A DNA stretch of 64,000 nt from assembly GCA_964016885.1 (NCBI GenBank), contig OZ024746.1:75268001-75332000 (forward strand), given 5' to 3'. Shown here piece by piece: positions 13,751-28,729 of this stretch (within the stretch, counting starts at the first letter, position 1; each line of letters starts with the position of its first letter). This DNA comes from Eledone cirrhosa. Taxonomy: Eukaryota. The notes below the pieces were generated by a model that saw nothing but the letters and a program-made list of their open reading frames with translations, made no database searches and was not told the DNA's origin. Made by a program: the position numbers and the translations under genes.

Positions 13751-14326
13751 AGATCAGATACCACCGGCCAGCGCGAATAATAACTAAAATAAGTTATTGG
13801 GATAAAAAGAATTGGGTGGAGAAAGAGAGACTGGTGAACAAACAAAAATGGTGAGGCAACGTAAAGAGAGGAAAAATGAGAAAATCAAGTCAGTGATTCA
13901 TTTGAACATAAGAACTTGTGAACATTGACGAGAAGACGAAAGACCATCCGTACCGTGCGAAAAGTGAGCGAGAAAAGAATTTCGTACGGTGCCGGACGTT
14001 GGCGGAAGTGAGAGAGGGTGAGTGGCAGAGAGTGAGTGAGTGAAAGTGTGAGGAAGAGGCTAGCCGAGAGAGTGTGACTAGCAGAGGGGGAGAATGAAAG
14101 TAAGAGGAAGAAGGAAAGAGAAGGGGGAGAGAGAAAGAGCATAGCAGTAAGGGAAGAGAATAAAAAAAGGTCTCAAATGAATCACTGACTCAAATGAATC
14201 ATTTTTCCTCTATTTACGTTGCCTCACCATTTTTGATTGTTCACCTGTCTCTCTTTCTCCATCCAATTCTTTTTATCCCAATAACTTATTTTAGTTATTG
14301 TTCGCGCTGGCCCGAGGTATCTGATC
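13751..14326. repeat. Inverted repeat, ~155-bp arms, ~270-bp spacer
   Basis: GCCAGCGCGAATAATAACTAAAATAAGTTATTGGG... / ...CCCAATAACTTATTTTAGTTATTGTTCGCGCTGGC. Confidence 0.75.
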
Positions 14327-15530
14327 GATGATGCTGATGATGCTAGTGGTGGTGGTGATGGTAGTGATGGTAGTGTTGATTTTGGTATTGGTGTTGGTGT
14401 TGTAGTAATGGTGTGTTTTAGTGGTGGTAGTGATGATTGTACGGTGGCGACAGTGGTAGTGTTCACTATTAGAAAGCTAATCTTCACTGAATTAGTATAT
14501 GCCTAGCTTATATATATAAGTAATGATGCTTAAAGCACTTTCCCGGCATACAAGAAATACGAAGTTTTTTCTTTGCAAGCGCATCTGTCCACCTTTCCAT
14601 GCCTAGGGTTAATCAACTGATTTTCTTAACTATTTTTTTTTTTTTTCATAATGATCCACTAGTATAATCTTCATTTCCGCTGGGGCGACTGTGTTTTGAA
14701 TTTCAAATTTCCCCAATACTCTATAGGAAAACCGGATGTATATATTCACTTTATGCTGCCTGAAAAACCTTTTCTTTTCTTTTTTGCATCCTTTTTTCTC
14801 TCCAACCACTTCTCTCTTTTAAACTTCCCTCTTTCGCGATGAAGAACTACCGTCCGATACCTTGATGACGCTTTTTCTTTTTCCTTTGCCAAAGAGCGTT
14901 AAAATAGTAATACTTTTTCTAATTGTTCTTTGTGTCTGTCTTTTTTTTTTGTCTCGGTTGATTAAAAAAAACTAGAATTAGTCGTTTAATTTATGTATTG
15001 AGACCCCAACCCATCCTTTTTTTTCCATTTTTTGCATAAAGTAAATTAATTGTTTAGGATTTCGCTGTACAAAAATGTCTCTGCAGGCATCCTTCCTGTA
15101 AAGTTTAGTGTATATGGATTCCTACTCTGTAACTCTTAGTGTAAAGTCGAATAGAGAGAGGGGTCCAGTGATGTCTGGATGGTCAAACTCAAATTTTATG
15201 TGTGCGTCAATGTTTTCAAGGATGTTTTAGATCTTGACGGCTTCTTCACGTAATGAAATGAGCATAAGGAGAAGAAGGTGCAAGAGCCGCAGGTGGTGAA
15301 TGATGTAAGGTCCAATTGTTCCATGTACGTGATGGCTAGTAGGTCTGAGAGACTCGATTCCATCGCTCGTTTGTTTTGTCTTGGACTGTTTCACCTTCGT
15401 ATCTGAAAAGGGGGTTAGTGCCCCGAAATATCATGTTAAAATACACTGGGCAAAACATTACTTTGCTTGGTTTTGTTTCATCTGTTATCATTTGCGCTTC
15501 GTATTTTCTACCGATTTGTACCGGCTATAA

Positions 15531-15657
<127 letters not shown>

Positions 15658-15750
15658 TATTTATACTCCAGTCCTACAAATTGTAGAGTGCTACTTATCC
15701 GATATCTGCATTGCTTTATTGTATTACAATAAAACTCACCTCCTACATTA

Positions 15751-15827
<77 letters not shown>

Positions 15828-15967
15828 GAGCGGAGCAAGCAATTATCAAACAATCTTTTAAATAAATTAAAAAACGATTTAAATATTCACCTGTTCTATT
15901 GCTGTTACCGACGGTTTCACTAATCCAAAGATTGGAAATTCAGAGAATTTCCAATGAATTTCCAATT

Positions 15968-16009
<42 letters not shown>

Positions 16010-16055
16010 AAATAAAATAAATAAGTCAAATGTTTAAAATTTGGGTTCGTTTATT

Positions 16056-16110
16056 ACTGCTATATATATTTCGGTGACAGCCATCTTTGGCTGTGACCTC
16101 TTCAGGCAGT
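16056..16110 (-). ncRNA. Type I hammerhead ribozyme
   Basis: ACTGC-CTGAAGA-GGTCACAGCCA aaga TGGCTGTCACC-GAAA TATATATA-GCAGT. Confidence 0.82.
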
Positions 16111-16424
16111 CCGAATTAGTGTGGTAGAGATGAGTACACATGTTGTTGAGGTGTATAACTTTGTCAATACTCTGATATGCCCAGTTCCTGGTTGGGTTGT
16201 TATTTCACTGAGGAACTGGAATCATATGAATTTAAACAAACGAATTTCAGTGTCAAAGGGCCTCTTCTCCTCTCATTGGTCAGTTGTTAGAACATTCCTC
16301 ATTCTCGTTTGTCAGGTAGGGGGATGTCCTTCAGTGACGCTAAGGTTGGCAGTTTTTCCATAGTGACTTAAGTCCGCTACTGTTTGAAGCGCTCAACCCG
16401 TGATATATATATATCTATCTATAT

Positions 16425-16489
<65 letters not shown>

Positions 16490-17782
16490 TTATATCCTGA
16501 CATCACCACCTCCAATACTCTCTCCCCCAGCCCGACCACCTCCTCTCCTTTCTCTACCGCCACCATCGTGACATGCAGTCAATGTGGAGTCGACTGTTAT
16601 TTGATCCTTCGTAATCCGATTGACACGCTCAACTTTATCATAGATCACTTCAACATCGTTAGCAACCTTTCGACCTTCTACACTCCTTCCCCGCCTCTCC
16701 ATCTTCTCTATTCACTCTATCATTACTCCCACCACCACAATACCAGCCAAACCAACACTACCCACCACTACCCACCACTACCACCACTACCACATACTCC
16801 TACAGCAACTACCTATAATATCATTACCCCGACTGAAGCCATTACCTCCACTATCACCACGTAACCCACTACCCCATGCTTCTAACCCTGCTATAAATAG
16901 CTGTCAACTTCCCTCGACTCATCACCACCCCACCATTTTAAATAAAAAAGTACATATCATATATTGTAGTTTTGCATAACTCTATGGAATGTCTTTGATC
17001 ATATGTCTGCTCAGTCAGTGCTTACCAAGGGCTAAACAACATATAGCTATACAATAAAGTTGTGATTTCTTCTATGGATACAGACATGACTGTGTGGCAT
17101 TTTGGGTAAGCTATATAGATGAAACTGGGGAGACGGAATTTCTTTTGAATCTGATTCAGATGAACTGTACCTGTATTTCAAAGATCCAGCCTTGTCACAT
17201 ATTGTGAATTACGTTAAGGATCAGCGTGTCTGTGGAATACTCAGCCATTTGCACTATATAACAAGATGAATTGTACACGTAAATTCAATGGTCCAGCCTT
17301 GTTATATATTGTGTCATGTCACACTGATTCGGCTTGGGATGGGTATGTTATGAGTTTGGGTGACAAAGGAATACTCAGCCTTTTTTATGCGTTACTTCAC
17401 GAGTCAGACGTTCAGTTGCACGAACAACAGAATGTTCATCGTTGAAACTGACGGTGACCCCAATATCCTAATCACTAGGCCGATTACAAAAGATGCAGAT
17501 AAATACATAATCGAAACCCAGAAAATACTACTACTTCAGCTGATAGAATAGAAATGTCGAACTGAGGATATGTTGATTGAAGAAGTGAGAGATAATAGAA
17601 AGAGGTTAAGCGTAGAGGGGAGAGAGAGAAGAGTTGAGAGAGAGTGGGAGAGAGAGAGAAGAGGTGAGAGAGAGAGAGAAGAATGAGAGAGGGGGCGAGA
17701 GAGAAGAGGTGAGAGAGAAAGACAAGTAATAAGGGGGATAGGGAAAGAATAAAAGAAGCAGAGAGGGAGAGAGGGGTGAAAA

Positions 17783-17854
<72 letters not shown>

Positions 17855-18373
17855 GGACAGACAGAGCGCGAGACAAGGGAGAGTATAAGAGAAATTTAAC
17901 AAAGAAGATAAACAGAAAGTAATAGAGAGTGGGGAAATGAAAAGGACAGATCATCAATGGATCAAATAGATTATATTTTCATTGATCTTTACATTGCTGA
18001 TACTATCTGCTGGTCGCAACTCCTGGCAGAAGGAAGAAGGATTCGAACTTGAAATACACAGAGTTTAGATCAAATACTTGAAAGCACAGCGCCTTACTCT
18101 TTAACAATGTCACCAATTCTCTGACCCAGATGAAAGACAATGTGGAGCTAGGTGGGGTTTGAACTCGGCGCATTGAAAGCCGGAACAAATGCAGAGGAAA
18201 TTAATCTGAAACTCTAAGGAGTATGTGAGAGATAGATATAAAGAATAGGGAGAGGGGGAGAGAAAGAGTCAGAGAGAAAAAAGAGAGAGTAATAGCGGGA
18301 GAATGTAATGGTAGGAGGGAGTAATAACAAGAAAAGGGGAGAGTGAGAAAAAGAGAGGGAGCATAACGAACGA

Positions 18374-18425
<52 letters not shown>

Positions 18426-18433
18426 ACGAACGA

Positions 18434-18493
<60 letters not shown>

Positions 18494-20281
18494 ACGAAAG
18501 AAAGAAAGAAAGAAAGAAAGAAAGACAGACAGAAAGAAAGACAGAAAGAAAGAACGAAAGAAAGAAAGAAAGAAAGAAAGAAAGGAAGGAAAAGTAGGTT
18601 CAAAAGTTAGACCAGATCGGTGTAGAGGGATGAAAGGAGAGGAGTCGATGAATCGTATATAAAATCTATTAGAGTGGAAGAGATATGTATTGACGTGAAC
18701 ATTTGAACAGAGGTAGGGAGGTTCAACATAGATTAATTGACATTAAACTATACAGACTATATAGTAATAGGTTATATAACAATGTAAAACTACAGATCGA
18801 AGGTATGTACCTGGCTATGTAGCTGAACATGTTTTTACATGAGCTTTTGACTGTTGTCACAATTAATATATGTGTATGTGTGAAAGCGCGTGGTTTTAGT
18901 GTCAACGGTATGAAGTTTACGCTGTGTCCTTGAGCAATATACTCTATTTCCTGTTCATTCAGTCAACTCGCCTAACAAAACGTTGTAGGTAAAGTTTTAA
19001 AATGTCAGCCATGTCACATATTGTGTCAAACTAGTTTTAGAGAAAGATAGAGCCACTAAAATAAAGATTTTAAAAGTTGAATGAAAAAGATATGTAGACA
19101 GATGCTTTGTGTGTATGTATGTATGCATGTATGTTATCTCTTTCTCTTAATTTCGAGTATATTTTTTTGACTGGCCACCTTCCTGGTGGCAAGGTTGTAA
19201 AAGAAAAGAAATTGTCATCCCTGAATCGCAAGAATGTTTTGCAAATTTTGAAGGTGCCAGCTATCGCAGCCATTTGTAGACTATGAATTAGGGAGCTGTA
19301 TGTATGTATGTATGTATGTATGTATGTATGTATGTATGTATGTATGTATGTATCTATGTATGTGTGTATGTATGTGTGTGTGTATGTATATATGTATTTC
19401 CTCACTTTAAAAAATATCTTCACGCACAGGCATTGCACGATAGAATTAATTAAGAATTATTAATAATGTTATATCGTGCAATGGCCATACTCGATAACGA
19501 GGGGGCAGCCATTATGTATGTATGTATGTATGTATGTATGTATGTATGTATGTATGTATGTATATGTATACATGTGTGTGTATGCGTATGTGTGTGCATG
19601 TATTATGTATGTATGTGTGTATGTGTGCGTATGTATGTGTATGTATGTGTGTGTGTGTATGTATATGTGTATGTGTACGTGTGTATGTGTGTATGTTTGT
19701 ATGTGTGCATGTATGTATATATGAACGTGTGTATGTGTGTATATATGTATGTATGTGTATGTATGTATTTATGCATGTGTGTACCTATGTACGTATGTAT
19801 ATATGTATGTGTGAATGTATGTATGTATGCATGTATGTATGTACATATGTACGTCTGTATGTATGTATATATATACGTATGTATGTATGTATGTATGTAT
19901 GTATGTATGTATGTATGTATGTATGTATTTATGCATGTGTGTACCTATGTACGTATGTATGTATATATGTATGTGTGAATGTATGTATGTATGTATGTAC
20001 ATATGTACGTCTGTATGTATGTATATATACGTATGTATGTATGTTTGTATGTATGTATGTAGTTATTCTTCAAGGATAAACAAGGCCAACACAGATATGC
20101 AATAACACAAAGTCTCATTAGGTTCACGTTGCTGTTGAATTATATCACTGAGATGCAAACATTCCAATCGATCATAATGCGACAGACAGATGAAAAGAGG
20201 GCTTCTGTTTTGTTATCATTGCGCAGGCGTAACCGAGAGCTTCCATGTTCAGACAGAAAGAACTCTTTTTCTTTCTCTACC

Positions 20282-20382
<101 letters not shown>

Positions 20383-20703
20383 AGGGCGGTGCCCCAGCAT
20401 GGCCTCAGCCGGATGGCTGAAACAGGTAAAAGAGAGTAAAAGAGAATATATATATATATATATATGTAGGAGGTGAGTTTTATTGTAGTACACCCATCTC
20501 TCCTCCTATCTCTTCCTTCCTCATTATATTCCTCCCTCTCCACCTTCACTCTCATCTCCTCCCCTTTTTTTCATCCTTTCCACCCCCCCCTCTAAATAAA
20601 ATATTTTTCCCAATATCACACATCAATCTAAAACTACTTCTCATATGTTGATTTAAAACTGTACTATCCACAAGTGTTTTTTAGCCTTCATATCATGTCC
20701 TCC

Positions 20704-20774
20704 TGTTTTATCTGATGAAAACACAAATATTATTGCATGATGATGTTTGTTTTTGAAATGCGCATAATAAAATA
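20704..20774 (+). ncRNA. Type I hammerhead ribozyme (PLE pLTR family)
   Basis: TGTTTTAT-CTGATGA-long stem II-GAAA TGCGCA TA-ATAAAATA. Confidence 0.78.
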
Positions 20775-20804
20775 CATGGAACTCCTTTAACCATCTTTTG
20801 TTCT

Positions 20805-20838
<34 letters not shown>

Positions 20839-20843
<5 letters not shown>

Positions 20844-22377
20844 ACGTTAAGACGGGCGTTCCGGAAAGTGAAAGTAATTTTTGACAACACTGTGAATTTT
20901 TGACAACACATCAAATATGGCTGGACGAGTGTTTGGTCGCGTTAAGTTGGTTGAAGATATTTTGGATACCAATGCCATTGTTAATCGTTTTGAAACAGTG
21001 TATACACTGTGTCCGGTGATACACGGTGACACGTTGTGTATATTACAGTGGTTGGCGAGTCGGCGTCTGTTGGCGAACAGTGTGAATTGTCCTGTCTGCA
21101 ATGAGGCGTGCACATTGCAAAGACATTCTGAGGGGATTGATAAATGGAGATGGCGATGCTGCCGCGACAAATATTGTCAATCGGTGCGACGGAATTCTAT
21201 ATTTTATCGAAGCCGTGTTCGACTCGAATACCTTATTGGCATTATCTATATGTGGTGCTACGATCATGCCCAAACTGAGATGATGAGAGAAACAGGACTT
21301 AGCAAGCCGACAATTATAGACTGGTGCAATTTCCTTAGAGAAATTTGTGAGCAGTATTTGGAGGCGAATCCTCAAAAGCTTGGAGGATTCGACGAGAATG
21401 GTTCGTCGATCATTGTAGAGATCGACGAATCAAAATACTTTCATAGAAAGTATCATTGTGGCCAGTGGAGACAAGGCCACTGGGTGTTCGGCGCTGTAGA
21501 ACGCCATTCTGGACGCTGCTGCCTCATCGAAGTCCCAGATCGAAGCCGTGAGACTCTTGTCCCCATCATACAGGAATGGATTTTGCCAGGAAGCCACATC
21601 ATGTCCGATGGTTGGGCTTCCTATTCGGATATTGAAGAAATTCAAGGTGGCATTTACCTCCATGATGTTGTTGTGCACCAACGGAACTTTGTAGATCCTG
21701 AAGACCCTAATGTGCACACACAACTCATAGAGAACACTTGGAGCCGTGCAAAGAAAAAGCTTCGTCGACAACATGGGACAAGCGACGCTTTATTCCCCTC
21801 ATATTTAGCTGAATGTCTTTGGCGGCAGAGAGTTGGTGCAAACAAGTTTGGCGAGATGATCAACTGTATTTCAACTATTTATACGGTGTAATAAGGATGT
21901 TCATAAGGTACGTCAATTTATATGTTATATGCAACAAACGTCTAACTATATAGTTATTTTTAAAAAATTTCTTTCTTTCAACACACAATGTCATTATTTA
22001 AAAACACACAATGTCATTATTTAAAAAAAAATTTTCCGTACACACAATACACAAAAAAAGAAAAAGAAAAAATAATCACACACGCAATACTTAGCAGTAA
22101 TTAACACCATATCACTATAGAGACCTGTTGTAAATAAACAACACGCAATACTAATTAACACCATATCACTATAGAGACCTGTTGTAAATAAACAAACAAA
22201 TTCACAGTGTACACACATATACACACCCACACATATATATATATTAAGAAATCCATACAATTGCGTGTGTATCGTAACTTTCACTACTGAGACCTGTTGT
22301 AAAAAAAACAAAAAACAAATTCACAGTGTTGTCAAGAATTACTTTCACTTTCCGGAACGCCCGTCTTAACGTATGCC
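20839..22377 (+). mobile_element. Merlin (IS1016/IS1595-like) DNA transposon, apparently complete, ~1.54 kb
   Basis: TIRs GGCATACGTTAAGACGGGCGTTCCGGAAAGTGAAAGTAATT(T/C)TTGACAACACTGTGAATTT at 20839-20899 and inverted ending at 22377 (61 bp, 1 mismatch); GG...CC termini; single transposase ORF; subterminal direct repeats ~21980-22330; (TA)n on both sides. Confidence 0.93.
20917..21891 (+). CDS. Merlin/ISXO2-like DDE transposase, 324 aa, uninterrupted
   Basis: N-terminal Zn-ribbon (CPVC...WRCCRDKYC), HTH-like segment (ETGLSKPTIIDW), catalytic motifs VEIDES...WVFGAVER...IMSDGWASY...VVHQRNFVDP...HTQLIENTW typical of DDE_Tnp_IS1595. Confidence 0.92.
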   Translation: MAGRVFGRVKLVEDILDTNAIVNRFETVYTLCPVIHGDTLCILQWLASRRLLANSVNCPVCNEACTLQRHSEGIDKWRWRCCRDKYCQSVRRNSIFYRSRVRLEYLIGIIYMWCYDHAQTEMMRETGLSKPTIIDWCNFLREICEQYLEANPQKLGGFDENGSSIIVEIDESKYFHRKYHCGQWRQGHWVFGAVERHSGRCCLIEVPDRSRETLVPIIQEWILPGSHIMSDGWASYSDIEEIQGGIYLHDVVVHQRNFVDPEDPNVHTQLIENTWSRAKKKLRRQHGTSDALFPSYLAECLWRQRVGANKFGEMINCISTIYTV

Positions 22378-23280
22378 TATATATATATATATATATGTGG
22401 GTGTTAAAGTTTGCTTGAAGCATTGTGAAATGTGTAAAAATACGTATTTAAGAAATCCACAACAATGCAAAGGGAAATCTCGAGGTAGGAAGTGAAATAT
22501 AGATAGGAAAAACAGGTGAAAGTGAAAGTTGAGAGAGACAAAGATGAAAACAAAACAAAGGTAGAAGGGTTACCGTAGTAGAGATTTAATCCCAATATTT
22601 CGGGCTCACGCCCATCAACGGGGGAAAAGTTCCAAAAGGGGGGAAAAACAGGCCAAGCGGAGAAAGTGGTGATGTCGTTAAGACAGTTAATTTTTTAACT
22701 TCATCTTATAAGTCTAAACATTGTAACACACTGACCCCCAATATATTCACCTCTGCTAAGATGCGGGTCCCTGTGAAAATTTTCTCGCGCCACTCCTGGC
22801 CTGACTGTGGTCTGACATTAATATCGACCTTTCTCCCTCTTTCTTTCTATCTTCCTTCTTGTAGCCATCAACCCTTACTTTTCTACTTCTCCCTTCTCTT
22901 CCTTCTCTTCTCCCCTCCTTCTGTCTTCCTCCCGCAGACTTATCTTCCTTCCCCCTTTTGTTTGCCTATATCTGACCGGTAGTAGTTGTCTTTCTTCTTA
23001 TAGCTGACATTAACCCTGGCTTCTCTTCTTCTTCCTTCCCCCTTCTTCTCTCTCCTTCCTTTCTTTCTTTCTTTTATCTTGTGGCATGAGTTGACGCTAA
23101 CTTATGTTCCCATCCCTTTCTGTTTTCGTTTATCTGACCGGTAGTAGCACACTGTAAACTTTAGCCACGTCACTCAAGGGCCACCGGCTGAGGTTAAAGG
23201 AGCAGAATAGCGGTCGCCCTCGGGTCCTCGATTTTCAACCCCATGGATTTTATCTATTACATTCACGTATTATATTTCGA

Positions 23281-23338
23281 ATACCTGATGATATCACCGG
23301 ATTCATACGGAACCTGGTCATTGAAATGATCATAGTAT
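23281..23338 (+). ncRNA. Hammerhead ribozyme-like motif
   Basis: ATAC-CTGATGA-imperfect stem II-GAAA TGATCA TA-GTAT. Confidence 0.6.
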
Positions 23339-23529
23339 AATAAACCTTTCAAGGATTTACACAAATCCAGCCTCCTGTCATTTCATTATAATATTTAACT
23401 CCGTAATAGCACCACCAACTACAAAAACAAAGACGGTTGAACTGCTTTACGTTGAGTACTCTCTATATTATTACATTACGATTGACCATACGGAATAGAC
23501 CAGCTCTATCCAGTGGTGAACCTCAAACC

Positions 23530-23564
<35 letters not shown>

Positions 23565-23629
23565 CGATGAAATACCAATGATGGTTGGAAGATCACTGAT
23601 GAAGGACTAACTTTATTCATATATATATA

Positions 23630-23758
<129 letters not shown>

Positions 23759-23759
23759 G

Positions 23760-23818
<59 letters not shown>

Positions 23819-23831
23819 GTATATGTATATA

Positions 23832-23916
<85 letters not shown>

Positions 23917-23944
23917 AATATATATATATATATATATATAAAGA

Positions 23945-24647
23945 AAATGTTCACTCTACATGGCTGAATACAATAAATGTAATCTGGGTGTTTCGAATAT
24001 TAATAACAACATTCGATGTTTGCAATTATGCAAACAAGCCTCAATTGTATAGCCATGTCAGTAGAATGAACCCATCATTCTTGCTCTTGTGTTGGCATGT
24101 AAACAGAACTGCAGACACTAATGTTCAGTACAGCTCATTTATCGCTCGTATACAGGAAACTGACTGGCCAGTCTGCTGATATGCAAATCTGGCTGATCAG
24201 TGGATCTGCTAATATGCAGATCTGACTGATCAGCCAGTCTGCTAATATGCAAATCAGGCCGATCAGTCAATGTGTATTTTTTAAAATAGCATATATTTTC
24301 ACTAGCTCTGCCAGTTTGGCAGGTGAACAGTGAGCTGTACTGATGAAACATTAGTGCCTGCAGTTCTGTTTATATCCCAACACAAGAGCAAGAATGAAGG
24401 CTTCATTCTACTGACATGGCTATAAAATAGAGGCCTGTTTGCAAAATTACAAACGAATCGAATGTTATTATTAGTATTCGAAAATTATGATCTGAGTTCA
24501 AATCCCGCCGAGGTTGACTTTGCCTTTCATCCTTACAGGGTCGATAAAATAAAGTACCAGTAATGCACTGGGTAATTGCTGGCCTTGTGCCTAAAGTAGA
24601 AACAATTATTAGTATTCGAAAAACTCAGATTATATATATGTATATAT

Positions 24648-24693
<46 letters not shown>

Positions 24694-24740
24694 TATATAT
24701 ATATAATTGTATTTCGGTTCTGTAGTATAGTTGGTATTTT
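23945..24740. mobile_element. MITE/fold-back-like element with long imperfect TIRs and an internal ~30-bp tandem repeat; right arm interrupted by a SINE
   Basis: 23978-24140 inverted vs 24330-24484 plus 24623-24632; three CTGA.TG..CAG...TCTGCT.ATATGCA.AT-like units at 24160-24268. Confidence 0.65.
24485..24622 (+). mobile_element. 5'-truncated Nin-type SINE with target-site duplication
   Basis: ATTATTAGTATTCGAAAA directly repeated at 24467-24484 and 24605-24622. Confidence 0.8.
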
Positions 24741-26063
24741 ACATTGAGCTATTTTCATACTTGTAACTGGGTAATATTAATTAATAAATAAATCAACTAA
24801 TACCTTAACACTTCACACAAAGTAAAACATTTCGTTTTAATCATTTTCTAACCCAGAAAAAAAGAGAGAAATAAATAAAAAAGGAAAAAAATATTTTTTC
24901 TTCCTAATAACCGTCTCTTTCTCCCTGTTTTCATATATATTATATATATACATATAGCTGCAATTATATATATGCATATGAATATCTATCTATATATCTA
25001 TCTATTCATATATATATATACGTATATATATATATGGTAGGCGTATATGACGTTATGTGTATGTACAATAAACATATACATTTTGCTGTGATCATGTTGT
25101 ATCATGTTTTACACGCAAAAAGCATATAAGCTAGAACATATTCTAATCCCTGTACCGAGTGAGTAATCATCACTGATGATGGATAGATAGTCCTGAAACA
25201 CTTATTCCAGACATTCTCATGCGGCTACTGAGATAGCTGTAACTTCATCATAGCTTAAAACTTTCATAGCGAGACTTGTATATGTTTATTATGCATGAAT
25301 ATATCATACATGCCTTCATATACACTCTATTATGAATTAGAGAACTGTTAATTTACTGAATATATAAATATCGAGTCAGCAGCCAAAGCTCGCACAAAAA
25401 CGCACACGCGCGTCATCAACAGCCACCATCACTACCAGCACATCATCTACACTCACAGCCACCCCACAACTACCATTCCCATCATCACCATCTCCACCAC
25501 CTCCCTCCACCAATATCACCAACACCAACATCACCACCATCACCAACACAACCACCACCATAACCATCACCATGACCGCCCTACATAACCACCAACACCA
25601 ACAACAACAACTCCACCATCAATATCGCAATTACTAACACCATGACAACCACCATCATCATTATCACCATCCACCCCCCCACTAACATCACCATCCTCAC
25701 AACCACAATCATTAGCATCACCACCACTAACATCAATGCCACAAAAACCACCACCACTAACACCACAACCAGTGTATGACCAGGAAGTGTCAAAAATGTC
25801 ACCAAACAAAATCTCGTAAATATATATTGAGAAGAGCGAAAAAACGGGGTTAATTTGGTGTATAATGACATCATCAATAATTAGGTTATACATACATACA
25901 TACATTCATACATACATACATACATACATACATACATACATACATACATACATACATACATACGTACGTACGTACGTACGTACGTACACACATACATACA
26001 TACATACATACATACATACATACATACATACATACATACATACATACATACATACATACATAC

Positions 26064-26822
26064 ATGGTGGCTGCCAACTCGTTTTCGAGTACGGCCACTA
26101 CTTTATATCTATGTAGGAGAACCCCTACTGATGCGCTAAACGAGTGTGACTTTTTAGTCCAGCCAGCGACTTGAAAACTCCGGTACAAACACTACACTTG
26201 TGACAATTATTGACACATAGTGCTAGGCCCATGGTACCATGTGACGACTAGTGCAGAGAGATCTCCAGATATAAAGCAATGCCTGTGGCGTGAAGCTTTT
26301 ATAGTGAGTAAAGGCACTGCACAAAGCCAGTCCCACTCTCTTAACCAAGATGATATTTACCAAAAAGAAGAACAAGTCAACATCATTGGATACCATCAGG
26401 GTTGCAGGTGTTATAACAGAATTTTCCTTCTCCTATAATTCTGCCTTGACAATTCTGCCTTGACAAAGGCTAAGGGGTCATCTCTCCCGGATATATTTAT
26501 ACATACGTACATACATACACATATATATATATACATGGTGGCTGCCAACTCGTTTTCTAGTACAGCCACTACTTTATATCCATGTAGGAGAACCCCTACC
26601 GATGCGCTGAACGAGTGTGACTTTTTAGTCCAGCCAGTGACTTGAAAACTCTGTTACAAACACTACACTTCTGACAATTATTGACACATAGTGCTGGGCC
26701 CTTGGTACCATGTGATGACAAGTGTAGAGAGATCTCCAGATATAAAGCAATGCCTGTGCCGTGAAGCTTTTATAGTGAGCAAAGGCACTGCACAAAGCCA
26801 GTCCCACTCTCTTAACTAAGAG
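26064..26822 (-). mobile_element. Two tandem 5'-truncated copies of the RTE-derived element (26064-26490, 26535-26822)
   Basis: Both begin ATGGTGGCTGCCAACTCG (reverse complement of the 3' end), with (CATA)n or TA spacers. Confidence 0.8.
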
Positions 26823-26855
26823 TGGGAAATGAAATTTCGTTTCATTTTTTCCGTT

Positions 26856-26985
<130 letters not shown>

Positions 26986-27282
26986 ATACAGAAATGGCTT
27001 CTACAGGACTAGAAATCATCAGGGCTTCATGGTGAAATCATCATGAAGCCCTGATGATTTCTCCCGAATAAAACAGTTCTAGTCCTGTAGAAGCCATTTC
27101 TATATTAAATATTATACTCTGCTATGTATTGAGAACCTTACTTACTGTGGTTACCCCCGATTGAACTCCGGATAAACTTATATATATATTATCAGCATGA
27201 ATGGACCTGTTATTTTTTATCTAAGGACATTTTTCCAATACCACCCCGCCCGTCCTCTCAATCTATCTTATTTCTCATTCTT

Positions 27283-27318
27283 TCTTCTGATGAAGGACTA
27301 GCGTCCGAAACGTTAAGA
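27283..27318 (+). ncRNA. Minimal hammerhead ribozyme-like motif
   Basis: TCTT-CTGATGA-aGGAC tagc GTCC-GAAACGTT-AAGA. Confidence 0.6.
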
Positions 27319-27438
27319 CCCTCTTCCTGCTATATCAAGCGTTAACCTAATATATCCCTTCCATATACTGTACCAATTGTGTTGTTATTTCTGTTTACCT
27401 TTTACATATATACATACATACATACATACATACATACA

Positions 27439-27552
<114 letters not shown>

Positions 27553-27804
27553 CATATATTTATATATTCGCATATATATGTGTGTGCGTGTATATGTGTG
27601 TGTGGGGGGGTTGTGTGTGTGTGTGTGTGAATCATACATGCCCCACTCCATCGGAATTAAAGATAAGAACACTTTACACAACTCCCCACACCCCCAAAGC
27701 CCTCTCCTACCAGACAACACACACACACCAGATTTCCTTATAGATTAATTATCGTGACCAAAATCGACATGATATAAATCACCCCATGTAAGAAAGCACA
27801 CATG

Positions 27805-27845
<41 letters not shown>

Positions 27846-28695
27846 TCACACACACTCACACATACACACACACTCACACATTCTCACACACTCACACGCA
27901 CACACTCTCACACACTCACACACACACTCACACACACATACACAGACACTCACACACTCACACACATTCACACACTCACACACACTCACACACTCACACA
28001 CACTCACACACACTCACACACACTCACACACATATTCACACACTCACACACACACACACACACTCACACACACACACACTCACACATTCTCACACACACA
28101 CATGCACACACTCACACGCACACACTCACACACTCACACACTCACACACACACTCACACACACTCACACACACTCACACATTCACACACTCACACACACA
28201 TACACAGATACTCACACACACATTCACACACACACTCACACTCACACACACACATTCACACACTCACACACACACACATTCACACTCACACACACATTCA
28301 CACACTCACACACACACATTCACACACTCACACACACATTCACACACACACACACTCACACACACATACACACAAATTTACCTGACATACTCGACGTATA
28401 CTCAACAGATTCGACATACAGACAGACTCAAAGACACCATCATACAACGCCCAACATTATACCAGTCTCCACACCACCCCGCCCTTCACCGACTCCGTCA
28501 TCTAATCATCAGCACCATTCTACAAGATAAAGAAAGACTAAAACTATTTTAAACATGGACAAATGCTGTGTATTCTCTGTTAGCTCCTCTTATCTCTCTC
28601 CTTAAATCTCGCTTTATCTCGTGTCGTCACGTGTGTTTTATACCTTCCTCACCTTGTTTCTCAATGTAATTTCATATATATATATATATCGGTAC

Positions 28696-28729
<34 letters not shown>

